From assembly GCA_050954235.1 (NCBI GenBank), contig JBPBPJ010000050.1, positions 3,974 through 67,973 of the forward strand: a stretch of DNA of 64,000 nt, in the 5' to 3' direction. The position numbers and the translations under genes were made by a program. Under the pieces are notes generated by a model. That model saw only the letters and a list, made by a program, of their open reading frames with translations. It made no database searches and was not told where the DNA came from. Below, one piece after another: positions 1 to 9,856 of this stretch (positions are counted from its first letter, which is position 1; each line of letters begins with the position of its first letter). The DNA comes from Janthinobacterium lividum (GTDB lineage Bacteria > Pseudomonadota > Gammaproteobacteria > Enterobacterales > Enterobacteriaceae).

Positions 1-302
1 TCTAGTGATACTCCTTGTAAATAGTCTTGTAAAAAAATTATATTTATTCCATATAATTTTTTTTGTAAATATTTAAATATGGGAAATAAAGAGAATTTTT
101 TATCGTACTGACCTTCTTTTGGTCTACCTAGGTGAGAAGCTATTATTATTTTTGCATTTTTTTTGAATGCTAATTTTATTGTTGGAATTGCTCGATCAAT
201 TCGTTCACTAGAAGTAATTTTTCCATTGTTTAATGGAACATTCAAATCTAATCTCATAAATACTCTTTTATTATTTAGATTAATATCTTGCATATGTAAC
301 AT
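1..302 (-). CDS. pgk: Phosphoglycerate kinase, 5' part; runs off the window start
   Basis: Not in the ORF track. Manual translation of the reverse complement from ATG at 302 gives MLHMQDINLNNKRVFMRLDLNVPLNNGKITSSERIDRAIPTIKLAFKKNAKIIIASHLGRPKEG, with the PGK DLNVP and SHLGRP motifs. Confidence 0.95.
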   Translation of the reverse strand, partial: MLHMQDINLNNKRVFMRLDLNVPLNNGKITSSERIDRAIPTIKLAFKKNAKIIIASHLGRPKEGQYDKKFSLFPIFKYLQKKLYGINIIFLQDYLQGVSL

Positions 303-1074
303 ATTTACTCATCCATTTTATTTATTGATATGATTTTTTGACTATATCAATATTTGATATTTATAGTTATTTATACATTTTAGTACATATAATTTTTTAA
401 TTTTTATTTTTATTATAATAAATAAATATCATTTATGTATTATAAAAGTTTTATATATAAAACATTATTGTATATAGTAAGTCTATTTTTTAGGTATTTT
501 AAGAAATATAAATACATGTTTAATTAATTATTAACTTATATTATTGTAATCTTTTTTTGAAAAATATATTTATTAAATTATAATACTTAATTTTCTTGAT
601 TAATAAAAAAAATTACAAATAGTTGTTTTATTAATTGATGTTATTTTAAAAATTTATAATACAATTATTTTTATATATTTAAGTTATATGTAAAATTTTC
701 TTTTAATGTGATACTAAAGATATATATAATTAAATTTTTGATGAATTCGAATAGTTATTTTTAGTAATATGAATTTTGCATTTTTTCTAAAAAATATATA
801 ATTTTATAATGTAATTCATATTAGCAATAATTACTATAAGTATTTTATCAAATTATTAATTTTTATAGTATAATAAAATTATTAATTTTTATAAAGTAAT
901 GAAATTATTATTTCTCAGTAAATTTAATGTAATTTTTACAATACAATTTATGTTAATAAATAAATAATAAAGTATTAAATTTTTTTTAATGAGATATATA
1001 TAATAACTTAGTTATATGGGTATACGATTTTTATCATTTATTAGATATAATTTATATGATTGAGAATAATAATT

Positions 1075-2190
1075 ATGAAAAAATTAGTTGGTTTTATTGG
1101 TTGGAGAGGAATGGTTGGTTCAGTTTTATTAGATAGTTTACAGAAAAATAATGATTTTATTAATTTTAGATCAGTATTTTTCACTACATCACAATTATGC
1201 GGAACCCCCCCACATTTTATCAACAGTGTTTCTACACGCCTAGAAGACGCATATAATATTGAATATTTAATAACTTTAGATATTATTGTATCATGTCAAG
1301 GAGAAAGATATACAATTCAAGTTTACACAAAATTAAAAAAAAATGGTTGGAAAGGCTATTGGATTGATGCATCTTCATATTTAAGAATGCATGATGAATC
1401 TATCATTGTTTTAGATCCAGTTAATTTAAAATTAATTCAATCAGGTATAGAACAAGGAGTTAAAACATTTGTAGGTGGAAATTGCACAGTTAGTTTAATG
1501 TTAATGGCTTTAGGTGGTTTATTTAAAAATCATCTTATTGATTGGATTTCTGTATCTACATATCAATCAGTATCTGGTAGTGGTTCACAAGGTATATTGA
1601 ATTTAATTAAACAAATAGAACATGTATATCAGAATATTTCTCCACACCTTCCTTTATCGAAATCAATTTTAAATATAGAAAAAATATTTACTTTGTCATT
1701 AAATAATATGTATAATTCTACACGTAGTTCAAAAATTCCGATATTAGGTAACTTAATTCCATGGATTGATGTATCTATGAAGAATGGACAAACTAAAGAA
1801 GAATGGAAGGGGTCCGCGGAAACCAATAAAATATTAAATTCTAAAAAAAATGTTTTAATCGATGGTACATGCGTACGGGTACCTGTTTTACGTTGTCACA
1901 GTCAATCTTTTACAATTAAATTGAATCGTGATATTTCAATTCGAGAATTTGAATTATTGATTTCGTCTCATAATCCATGGGTAAAAGTTATTAATAATAA
2001 TCTTGATTCTGTCGTTGATCAATTAAATCCTTTACGAGTATCCGGTACTCTGGACGTCCCTATTGGACGAATTAAAAAATTAAATATTGGAAAAAAATAT
2101 TTTTCTGCTTTTTCTGTTGGGGATCAGTTATTATGGGGCGCTGCTGAACCTTTACGTCGCATATTAAATATTTTAATAAAGTTATTATAA
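1075..2190 (+). CDS. asd: Aspartate-semialdehyde dehydrogenase
   Basis: GFIGWRGMVGS nucleotide-binding motif, GGNCTVSLM catalytic Cys, VGDQLLWGAAEPL. The ORF track starts at TTG 1060; ATG 1075 is the more likely start. Confidence 0.97.
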   Translation: MKKLVGFIGWRGMVGSVLLDSLQKNNDFINFRSVFFTTSQLCGTPPHFINSVSTRLEDAYNIEYLITLDIIVSCQGERYTIQVYTKLKKNGWKGYWIDASSYLRMHDESIIVLDPVNLKLIQSGIEQGVKTFVGGNCTVSLMLMALGGLFKNHLIDWISVSTYQSVSGSGSQGILNLIKQIEHVYQNISPHLPLSKSILNIEKIFTLSLNNMYNSTRSSKIPILGNLIPWIDVSMKNGQTKEEWKGSAETNKILNSKKNVLIDGTCVRVPVLRCHSQSFTIKLNRDISIREFELLISSHNPWVKVINNNLDSVVDQLNPLRVSGTLDVPIGRIKKLNIGKKYFSAFSVGDQLLWGAAEPLRRILNILIKLL

Positions 2191-2225
2191 AATAAGTTTA
2201 TATGTTATATACGTATACATTATAT

Positions 2226-2453
2226 TTATCTGGTATGGACTTTAATTAAATATGTATATGGAATTTTATTAAGTGAACTCGATAATAATGTGTGCTTCAT
2301 AAATCTACAAAATAAAATAATATCTGTATTACTAAATTTATCATCGGTTAGAACTAAAATTCTTTGCCCTTTTTTTAAGGTTCTGGTTTTTTTTCTTAAC
2401 ATCATGATTACATCTGGACACCGTAATTTTAATAAATTTACTATGATGGGCAT
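2226..2453 (-). CDS. tusA: Sulfur carrier protein TusA (SirA/YhhP)
   Basis: 75 aa with LRCPD persulfide-Cys motif and the DD/DI..FCRFMKHTL pattern of TusA. Confidence 0.9.
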   Translation of the reverse strand: MPIIVNLLKLRCPDVIMMLRKKTRTLKKGQRILVLTDDKFSNTDIILFCRFMKHTLLSSSLNKIPYTYLIKVHTR

Positions 2454-2587
2454 GATCTGTATCTCTTAATATTAAGTTTTTATTTAAAAGAATATATTTT
2501 AGTAAACATTTTTTATAGTTAATTATGTTTTATATATAAATTTAATAGTTTGTATGTATTAATATTAATATTTATTAATATATAACT

Positions 2588-3613
2588 TTAGATTAAAATT
2601 ATAGATAATGTTTTTAAATTCATCCATACTATTTTTTTATAATTATTTTGTGAGCATAATTCTATTTTTTTTAGTAATTTTAACGCTAGTAGTATTTTTT
2701 CAAGTGTAGTTTTTTTAATTATGGAATATATAGATAATTTCATTATTTTTTTTTTATATAATGTAAGATTAATATAATTTTTTTTTACAAAAATTTTATT
2801 TTTATGATATAAAATTATATATATTAATGTTTTAAAAGAATTAATTAATATAGTAGTATCGTATTTTTGTTTTTTTAATGTATATAATTGTTTAATTGCT
2901 TGATTTTGTTTAAAATTTATAATGGACTTTATCCAATCATAGTATTCAATTTTTTTTGTTGTTCTATAATATTTATATATTTTTTTGTACGTTATTTTTA
3001 TATTTGGATATAGTAAAATTATATTTTCTAGTAAGTTTGCATAAAAATTCATATTGATATAGAATTTTTTTAATAAAAAATTTTTTGCAGATAAGCTAAT
3101 TTTAACATTGTTTTTTTTAATTTTTTTGTTTATCCAGTAATTTATATTATTAGTATATGATAAAGAATTATTAATTAATACTATAGAACTTTCCATATAA
3201 TTATGAAAAAAATTATTACATAAAAAATTATATTTTAATTTAGGAAAATAAAAAATTTTAATAACTTTAACATTAGATAAATTTTCTATTTTATTCATGT
3301 TAATTTTTAAAAATTTAGATATATTAGAATCATAAATAGTTATATTAAAAATATGTTTAATGGAAAATAAATCTTGTTGTTTTATTTGATTACAAACATA
3401 CTCCCAATCAGTGTAATTTTTAATTATTATATTAGTTTTTTTGTACACTTTTTTTTTGCTAATGTATTTATATATAATTTCTTGAGTTTCTTTAATAAAA
3501 ATATATTTAGATTCTAAAATAATGTATGTTTGTATTTTTTTTTTATCAATAGCTTGCTTTAAATTCATAGTATTTGTAAGCACGGTTTTATTTTTTTTTC
3601 TCCAATAATACAA
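2588..3613 (-). CDS. holA: DNA polymerase III delta subunit, highly diverged
   Basis: 341 aa directly downstream of leuS (26-nt overlap), as in the leuS-(lptE)-holA operon; size and C-terminal W..L..LS pattern fit. Confidence 0.8.
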   Translation of the reverse strand: MYYWRKKNKTVLTNTMNLKQAIDKKKIQTYIILESKYIFIKETQEIIYKYISKKKVYKKTNIIIKNYTDWEYVCNQIKQQDLFSIKHIFNITIYDSNISKFLKINMNKIENLSNVKVIKIFYFPKLKYNFLCNNFFHNYMESSIVLINNSLSYTNNINYWINKKIKKNNVKISLSAKNFLLKKFYINMNFYANLLENIILLYPNIKITYKKIYKYYRTTKKIEYYDWIKSIINFKQNQAIKQLYTLKKQKYDTTILINSFKTLIYIILYHKNKIFVKKNYINLTLYKKKIMKLSIYSIIKKTTLEKILLALKLLKKIELCSQNNYKKIVWMNLKTLSIILI

Positions 3614-6161
3614 AATTAATAATTTTTAGCGGTATATAAATTATTTTATGAATTTTTTTATTATGAAAATATTTTTTATGTTTATCGTTGTCAGTGATTA
3701 ACTGAATAACTTCTTTTTTTAAAATATTATTATTTACTTGAATAATATTTCTTTTTTTTCCGTTGATTTGAACTATAATTTTGGATTTTTTTTCAAGTAT
3801 TAAATATGATTTTGGTATAGGCCATTTTTCTATATCAATACAATTTTTTTTTTTGTTAATTTTTTTCCACAATATAAAACAAATGTGCGGTGTAAATGGA
3901 TATAACATTTTTATTATAGTTTTCATAGATTTAAGTAAGTATTGTGAATTTATTTTTTTTTTATTATATAACTTGGTTATAAAATTAAAAAATTTCATTA
4001 TATGCGCAATGGCGGTATTATATGAACTTTTTTTGTGGATATCATGAGTTACTTTAGTAATAGTACTATTTAATTGGTCATTTGTATTATTTTTTTCGTA
4101 AAGTTTGATTTTTTTTGTGTTTTTATAATTATTTACATTTATTATGGTATGAACAAAGTTCCATATTCTTTTTAAAAATCTGTGCATACCTATAATACTG
4201 TGAGAATTCCACTCTAAAGATTTATTTATTGGAGCTGCAAACATTAAAAATAATCGTAATGTATCGGCTCCATATTGATTAATAATATGGTCAGGTTCTA
4301 TTCCATTATTTTTTGATTTTGACATTTTTATTTTTCCAGCATAAATAATATTACCTGATACATTTTTTTGAGAAATATTGATAATATCTCCCTTTTTATT
4401 ACGAATAATATTTAAATGATTTGGTGATAACCATTGTTTACTTCCATTACTATTACGAACATAAAACGATTCAGCCATAACCATGCCTTGGCAAATTAAT
4501 TTTTTTACGGGCTCTTGAGAATTAACATATCCAAAATCACGTAATAGTTTATGATAAAATCGAAAATATATTAAATGCATAACTGCATGCTCAACTCCTC
4601 CTATGTATTGATCTACAGGTAACCAGTATTTTGTTGATTTAATATCTAAAATATCTTTGTTAAAATTAGGATTTGTATATCTTGCATAGTACCAGGAAGA
4701 CTCCATAAAGGTATCAAATGTATCGCTTTCTCTAATTACATTCTCTCCATATATTTTAGTAGTTAACCAACTAGTATATGCTTTTAATGATTTAGTATAT
4801 TTTTTATTATGTATATAGTTAGGTAAATTTACTGGTAATTTTTGTTCTGGAACTGGTAATATTTGATTTTTTTTGTTTGTATACATAGGGATAGGAGCAC
4901 CCCAATATCTTTGTCGAGAAATACACCAATCTTTTATTTTATAATGTGTACACTTTTTTGCTATTTTTTTATTAATTAGAATGTTTGAGAAAGTTTTTCG
5001 AGCTTTTTTTATGGTTAAATTGTTAAATGGATGGGAATTTATTAAAATTCTATTTTCTTTTTCATGATGGTTAATGTTTTTTGAAAATATTAACTTAACA
5101 GGAATATTATATAATTTTGCAAAAGAATAGTCTATTTTACTATTACCGGGTACAGCCATAATGGCACCAGTAGCATAATCATGTTTGACATAATTTGTTA
5201 TCCATAAGGGTAGTTTTTCTTGAGTAATGGGATGTAATACTAGTAAATTTGTATTAATACCTATCAGATTGTCATTTTTTTTGTATTCATTATATATGTT
5301 AGAATTATTTTTTAATGATTTTTTAATTTTGGTCTTCTTTTTAAGAATACTAGAAATTATTGGATGATATATAGATATTGCAAAAAATGTTACACCCATT
5401 ATAGTTTCTGGTTGTGTTGTATATATTTTTAAAAAATAATCTAAATGGTTTATCTTGCACTTTATCTGTATACCCTTGGATTTTCCAATCCAATTTTTTT
5501 GCATAGTAATAACTTCTTTCGGCCACTTTCGCAATAGTTTTAAATCTTTTAATAATTCATTAGCATATGCAGTAATTTTTATAAACCATTGTGATATTTT
5601 TTTAAATGTAATGGTAGCTCCGCATCTCCAGCATTTACCATTTTGAGACTGTTCATTAGCAAGAACTGTTTTATCAACAGGACACCAATTTACTATAGTT
5701 TTTTTTTTATAGACAAGATTTTTATGGAATAATTTTATAAAAAATGATTGTTCCCATCGATAGTATTCTGGTTTGCAAGTAGTTAATTCTCTATTCCAAT
5801 CATAACTGAATCCTAAGGATTGTAATTGTTGTTTCATAATAGATATGTTTTGACGAGTCCACTTACGCGGTGAAATTTTATGTTTTATAGCTGTTTCTTC
5901 TGCCGGAAGACCAAAAGCATCCCATCCAATTGGTTGTAATACATTTTTTCCAAGCATTCTCTGATAACGCGCTATTACATCACTAATTGTATAATTACGA
6001 ACATGGCCCATGTGTAATTTTCCGGATGGATAAGGCATCATAGGTAAACAATAGAATTTTTGTTTTCTTTCGTCTTCTGTTACAGAGAATGTTTTATTTT
6101 TTATCCAATGTTTTTGTACTATTAATTCTATTTCTTTCGGAGTATATTGATTTTCTTCCAT
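3588..6161 (-). CDS. leuS: Leucine--tRNA ligase
   Basis: PYPSGKLHMGH (HIGH), KMSKS, WCISRQRYWG, IVQINGK; 857 aa. Confidence 0.98.
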   Translation of the reverse strand: MEENQYTPKEIELIVQKHWIKNKTFSVTEDERKQKFYCLPMMPYPSGKLHMGHVRNYTISDVIARYQRMLGKNVLQPIGWDAFGLPAEETAIKHKISPRKWTRQNISIMKQQLQSLGFSYDWNRELTTCKPEYYRWEQSFFIKLFHKNLVYKKKTIVNWCPVDKTVLANEQSQNGKCWRCGATITFKKISQWFIKITAYANELLKDLKLLRKWPKEVITMQKNWIGKSKGIQIKCKINHLDYFLKIYTTQPETIMGVTFFAISIYHPIISSILKKKTKIKKSLKNNSNIYNEYKKNDNLIGINTNLLVLHPITQEKLPLWITNYVKHDYATGAIMAVPGNSKIDYSFAKLYNIPVKLIFSKNINHHEKENRILINSHPFNNLTIKKARKTFSNILINKKIAKKCTHYKIKDWCISRQRYWGAPIPMYTNKKNQILPVPEQKLPVNLPNYIHNKKYTKSLKAYTSWLTTKIYGENVIRESDTFDTFMESSWYYARYTNPNFNKDILDIKSTKYWLPVDQYIGGVEHAVMHLIYFRFYHKLLRDFGYVNSQEPVKKLICQGMVMAESFYVRNSNGSKQWLSPNHLNIIRNKKGDIINISQKNVSGNIIYAGKIKMSKSKNNGIEPDHIINQYGADTLRLFLMFAAPINKSLEWNSHSIIGMHRFLKRIWNFVHTIINVNNYKNTKKIKLYEKNNTNDQLNSTITKVTHDIHKKSSYNTAIAHIMKFFNFITKLYNKKKINSQYLLKSMKTIIKMLYPFTPHICFILWKKINKKKNCIDIEKWPIPKSYLILEKKSKIIVQINGKKRNIIQVNNNILKKEVIQLITDNDKHKKYFHNKKIHKIIYIPLKIINFVLLEKKK

Positions 6162-6468
6162 AAATTGCCTGTAGATAAAAGTTTATATTAATTTATTGAA
6201 ATAATTTTTATTATAAAATTTTTAAAAATATTCATATCTCCTATGTTTACATAAATAATTATTTAAAAAATTGTTATTAAATTAAACAATTTAGTTTTAT
6301 GAAATTTATTTGTATATTGTAATTAAAAATTACAGATATTATATATTATCTTATAATTTAAATAAATTTTATTCATAACATAATTTATTTTATAAATTCA
6401 GTGAGATCTTTTTTGTGGATAAAATTATTTTTTATTTTAATTTTATTATTTATGTTAAATTTTTAGTA

Positions 6469-6972
6469 TTAGTTATATGGATTAAGAAAACCTAATTTTC
6501 TCATGATTATATTTTCTTTTATTTGCATTTTTTTTGCAGACTGAGCGGTGTTATGTGTATAATGCAATAAATGTAATGTAGAATGAATTATCATATGTGC
6601 CCAATGTTCTAATATGTTTTTTTGTAATAATAACGCTTCTTTGTTAATATAATGAGCACAGAGTATTATATCTCCTATATAATATGGAAACTTATGTTTT
6701 ATATATATATTATTAGTAGCTGGAAATGATAATACATTTGTAGATGTATTTTTATTTCGATATTTTTTATTAAGTAATTGGATTTCTATAAGATCTACTA
6801 ATCTAATAGTAATTTCTACTTTTTTTTTTTTAAAAATTTTTTTTAAACATGATAAAAAAAATTTTTTTTTAGGAAAAAAAAATTTTTTTACATGCAATTT
6901 GTATATATATATGCATAGTATTCTACCAATATAATTATTGTAAATATTAAAAATGTGTATTTTTTTAAACAA
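6469..6972 (-). CDS. ybeY: Endoribonuclease YbeY
   Basis: LNKKYRNKNTSTNVLSFP, IGDIILC and a three-His motif HSTLHLLHYTH; downstream of miaB. Confidence 0.9.
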   Translation of the reverse strand: MFKKIHIFNIYNNYIGRILCIYIYKLHVKKFFFPKKKFFLSCLKKIFKKKKVEITIRLVDLIEIQLLNKKYRNKNTSTNVLSFPATNNIYIKHKFPYYIGDIILCAHYINKEALLLQKNILEHWAHMIIHSTLHLLHYTHNTAQSAKKMQIKENIIMRKLGFLNPYN

Positions 6973-8311
6973 TTATTCCTTTTAAATATGTATTATAATT
7001 AATATCTATGACTTTTAATTGTACAAATTGTCCAATTAGTTTTGGTTTTCCAATAAAATGAATAATTCTATTGTTTTCTGTTCTTCCGTACAATTCTTTC
7101 GGATTATTTTTAACAAAACCTTCTACTAGTACTAATTGGATGGTACCTAACATTCTTCTTCTCCATTGAAAAGATTGTTGAATTATTTTTTTTTGTAATA
7201 AATATAATCGATTTTTTTTTTCTTCAATGGTAGTATTATCAGTTAATTTTGCAGCTCTGGTACCTGGTCGAGGAGAATAAATAAAACTATAACTTGTATC
7301 AAAATTGATTTTGGAAACGAAATGTAATGTTTTTTTAAAATCCCGATTTGTTTCTCCTGGAAAACCTACAATAAAATCAGAACTAATACTTATATTTGGT
7401 CGAATAAATTTTAATTTATTAATTAAATCCTCATACTCTTCTATAGTATATCCTCTTTTCATTAATCTTAATATTTTATTGGATCCACTTTGTACAGGCA
7501 AGTGTAAAAAATTTGTTAATTGAGGAATATATTTATAAGCTTGTATTATATCATTACTAAATTCTACCGGATGACTAGTGATATATCTAATTCTATTTAT
7601 TTTTGGAATTTTTGAGATTTCATACAATAAATCTGAAAAATTGTATTTTTGTTTATTAATAGAATTATATGTTTTATATGCGTTTACATTTTGTCCTAAT
7701 AAAATAACTTCTCGTACACCTAAGTCAGAAAGTTTTTTTATTTCAGATAATATATGTTCACGCGGTCTACTTATTTCTTTTCCTCTAGAATAAGGTACAA
7801 TACAAAAAGAACAATATTTATTGCATCCTTCCATAATAGTAACGAATGAAGTGAATTTTTGATTAATGTGAGTATTAACTGAATTCTTAAATTTTTTTAA
7901 AGATGACGTTGTAACATCAATAACTAAATTTTTAGTATAATAAGATTGATCTATTAACTCAGGTAGTTTATGTAGTGTTTGCGGTCCGAAAATAACATCA
8001 ATAAACCTAGCCCGTTTGTGAATTTTTTTCCCTTCTTGAGTAGCTACACATCCACCTACAGCTATACGTATATTAGGTTTTTTTTCTTTAAAATTTTTCC
8101 AACGACCTAATTGGTGAAACAATTTTTCTTGAGCTTTTTCTCTGATTGAACAGGTATTTAGAATTAAAATGTCTGATTTTTCTGGATTTTCAGTAACAAC
8201 ATAATTTTTGGTTTTTATTAGTATGTTTTCAATTATAGAGGAGTCATGTTCATTCATTTGACAACCCCATGTTTTAATATATATTTTTTTTTTTTTTATC
8301 TTTTTATTCAT
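6965..8311 (-). CDS. miaB: tRNA-i6A37 methylthiotransferase MiaB
   Basis: TWGCQMNEHDS, NTCSIREKA, radical-SAM CNKYCSFC, C-terminal TRAM domain. Confidence 0.97.
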   Translation of the reverse strand: MNKKIKKKKIYIKTWGCQMNEHDSSIIENILIKTKNYVVTENPEKSDILILNTCSIREKAQEKLFHQLGRWKNFKEKKPNIRIAVGGCVATQEGKKIHKRARFIDVIFGPQTLHKLPELIDQSYYTKNLVIDVTTSSLKKFKNSVNTHINQKFTSFVTIMEGCNKYCSFCIVPYSRGKEISRPREHILSEIKKLSDLGVREVILLGQNVNAYKTYNSINKQKYNFSDLLYEISKIPKINRIRYITSHPVEFSNDIIQAYKYIPQLTNFLHLPVQSGSNKILRLMKRGYTIEEYEDLINKLKFIRPNISISSDFIVGFPGETNRDFKKTLHFVSKINFDTSYSFIYSPRPGTRAAKLTDNTTIEEKKNRLYLLQKKIIQQSFQWRRRMLGTIQLVLVEGFVKNNPKELYGRTENNRIIHFIGKPKLIGQFVQLKVIDINYNTYLKGIIV

Positions 8312-8445
8312 AATTCATTTTAAACACAAAATAAGTACTGATGATATTATTGTATAAATTTTTTTAGTTATAATGTATAATTATTTATTATGATCTATAA
8401 GATATCATATATTGTAACAGGATGATATATATCATTATATGATTT

Positions 8446-9699
8446 TTATAGAGATAACTCCAATGATAACATTTCTTGTATGGTTTGACGTCTTCTTATT
8501 AACCTAAAAACTTTTTTTTCATATAATATTTCTGGTATGAAAGGTCGACTATTATAGTTAGATGACATAGATGATCCATAAGCACCAGTATTGTGGATAA
8601 TTATATAATCTCCAGGTTGTACTGCAGGAATATTTCGAGGTAGTATGATTCCTGTTTCTTGTACTGTAAAGATATCTCCAGATTCACATAGCGGTCCAGC
8701 TATTATACCTTGAATGCGCGGTATTTTTTGAATATCTGTGATATTTTTATGTAATACTGTTATTTCATGATAACTACCGTATAAAACAGGCCTCATTAAA
8801 TCATTAAATCCTGCGTTAATCAGTACAAAAATATTTTTTTGATTTTGTTTTACGGAATATACTTGTGCTACTAATATTCCAGATTGACCTACTAAAAAGC
8901 GACCTGGTTCAATTTCTAGCTTAATAGGGCAATTTAAAGTAGAAGTAAGTTGTTTTTTTACATTGTTCCATTTTTGAAAATATTCATTTATATTGATTTC
9001 TTTATCTGTTGGTGTATACGGTATGCTTAATCCTCCTCCAGCAGATATGAATTGTATTTTTTTGTTTAATTTAATAGCATGATTTTTCATAGATTCACAT
9101 ACTTGATATAAGTTTTTTATGTTTACTCCTGATCCTATATGTATATGTAATCCAATCAGATTTAGATTATATTTTTCAATTATTGGTATAGCTTGCATAG
9201 AATTCCAGATTCCGTGTTTACTTTGTTCTCCCCCTGTATTTGTTTTAATGTGATGTCCTCCACCAAATTTAGGGTTAATTCTAATCCATACAGGATGTCC
9301 AGGAGATATTTTTCCTAACTGACGCAACATTTCAACAGATCCAGCATTAACGGGAATTTTTTTTTGAACTACTTCTTTTAGTACGTTTTTTTCCAAAATA
9401 TCTGATGTAAATACAATATCATTGTTATGTGGTTTAAATCCTGCAATAAGAGCTCTTTTTATTTCTCCTAATGAAACAGCATCTATTTTTATGTTGTTAT
9501 CTTTCATTATTTTTAATATATGTATATTAGAACAAGATTTTTGTGCAAAACGAATAATATCAAATTTTTTTAATTTTTTTATTTGTTTGACAATAATATC
9601 TGCATTATATATCCATAATGGTGTTTTGTATTTTTCTATTAAATAAATGAGATTTTTTCTTTTTAGAACTTTATTTGAAATACTTAATTTATCTTGCAT
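8446..9699 (-). CDS. lysA: Diaminopimelate decarboxylase
   Basis: RFAQKSCSN (PLP lysine), HIGSG, EPGRFL, GPLCESGD, GAYGSSMSSNYNSRP. Confidence 0.97.
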   Translation of the reverse strand: MQDKLSISNKVLKRKNLIYLIEKYKTPLWIYNADIIVKQIKKLKKFDIIRFAQKSCSNIHILKIMKDNNIKIDAVSLGEIKRALIAGFKPHNNDIVFTSDILEKNVLKEVVQKKIPVNAGSVEMLRQLGKISPGHPVWIRINPKFGGGHHIKTNTGGEQSKHGIWNSMQAIPIIEKYNLNLIGLHIHIGSGVNIKNLYQVCESMKNHAIKLNKKIQFISAGGGLSIPYTPTDKEININEYFQKWNNVKKQLTSTLNCPIKLEIEPGRFLVGQSGILVAQVYSVKQNQKNIFVLINAGFNDLMRPVLYGSYHEITVLHKNITDIQKIPRIQGIIAGPLCESGDIFTVQETGIILPRNIPAVQPGDYIIIHNTGAYGSSMSSNYNSRPFIPEILYEKKVFRLIRRRQTIQEMLSLELSL

Positions 9700-9856
9700 T
9701 TTTTCTCCACAAATATTACTTAAATAAATACTAATGATTTTTTTATGTATTAATAGTATTTATGTTTAATATTATATTAAATATTTTTTGTTATTTTAAT
9801 TGAAATAATTATTTTATATATTTGATTAATTTTATTAAAATTAATAATTTTAATTA

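Noticed and set aside
8422-8435. 14-bp palindrome atgatatatatcat between miaB and lysA
   Set aside because: Almost entirely AT with an internal (AT)n run; expected by chance at this composition.
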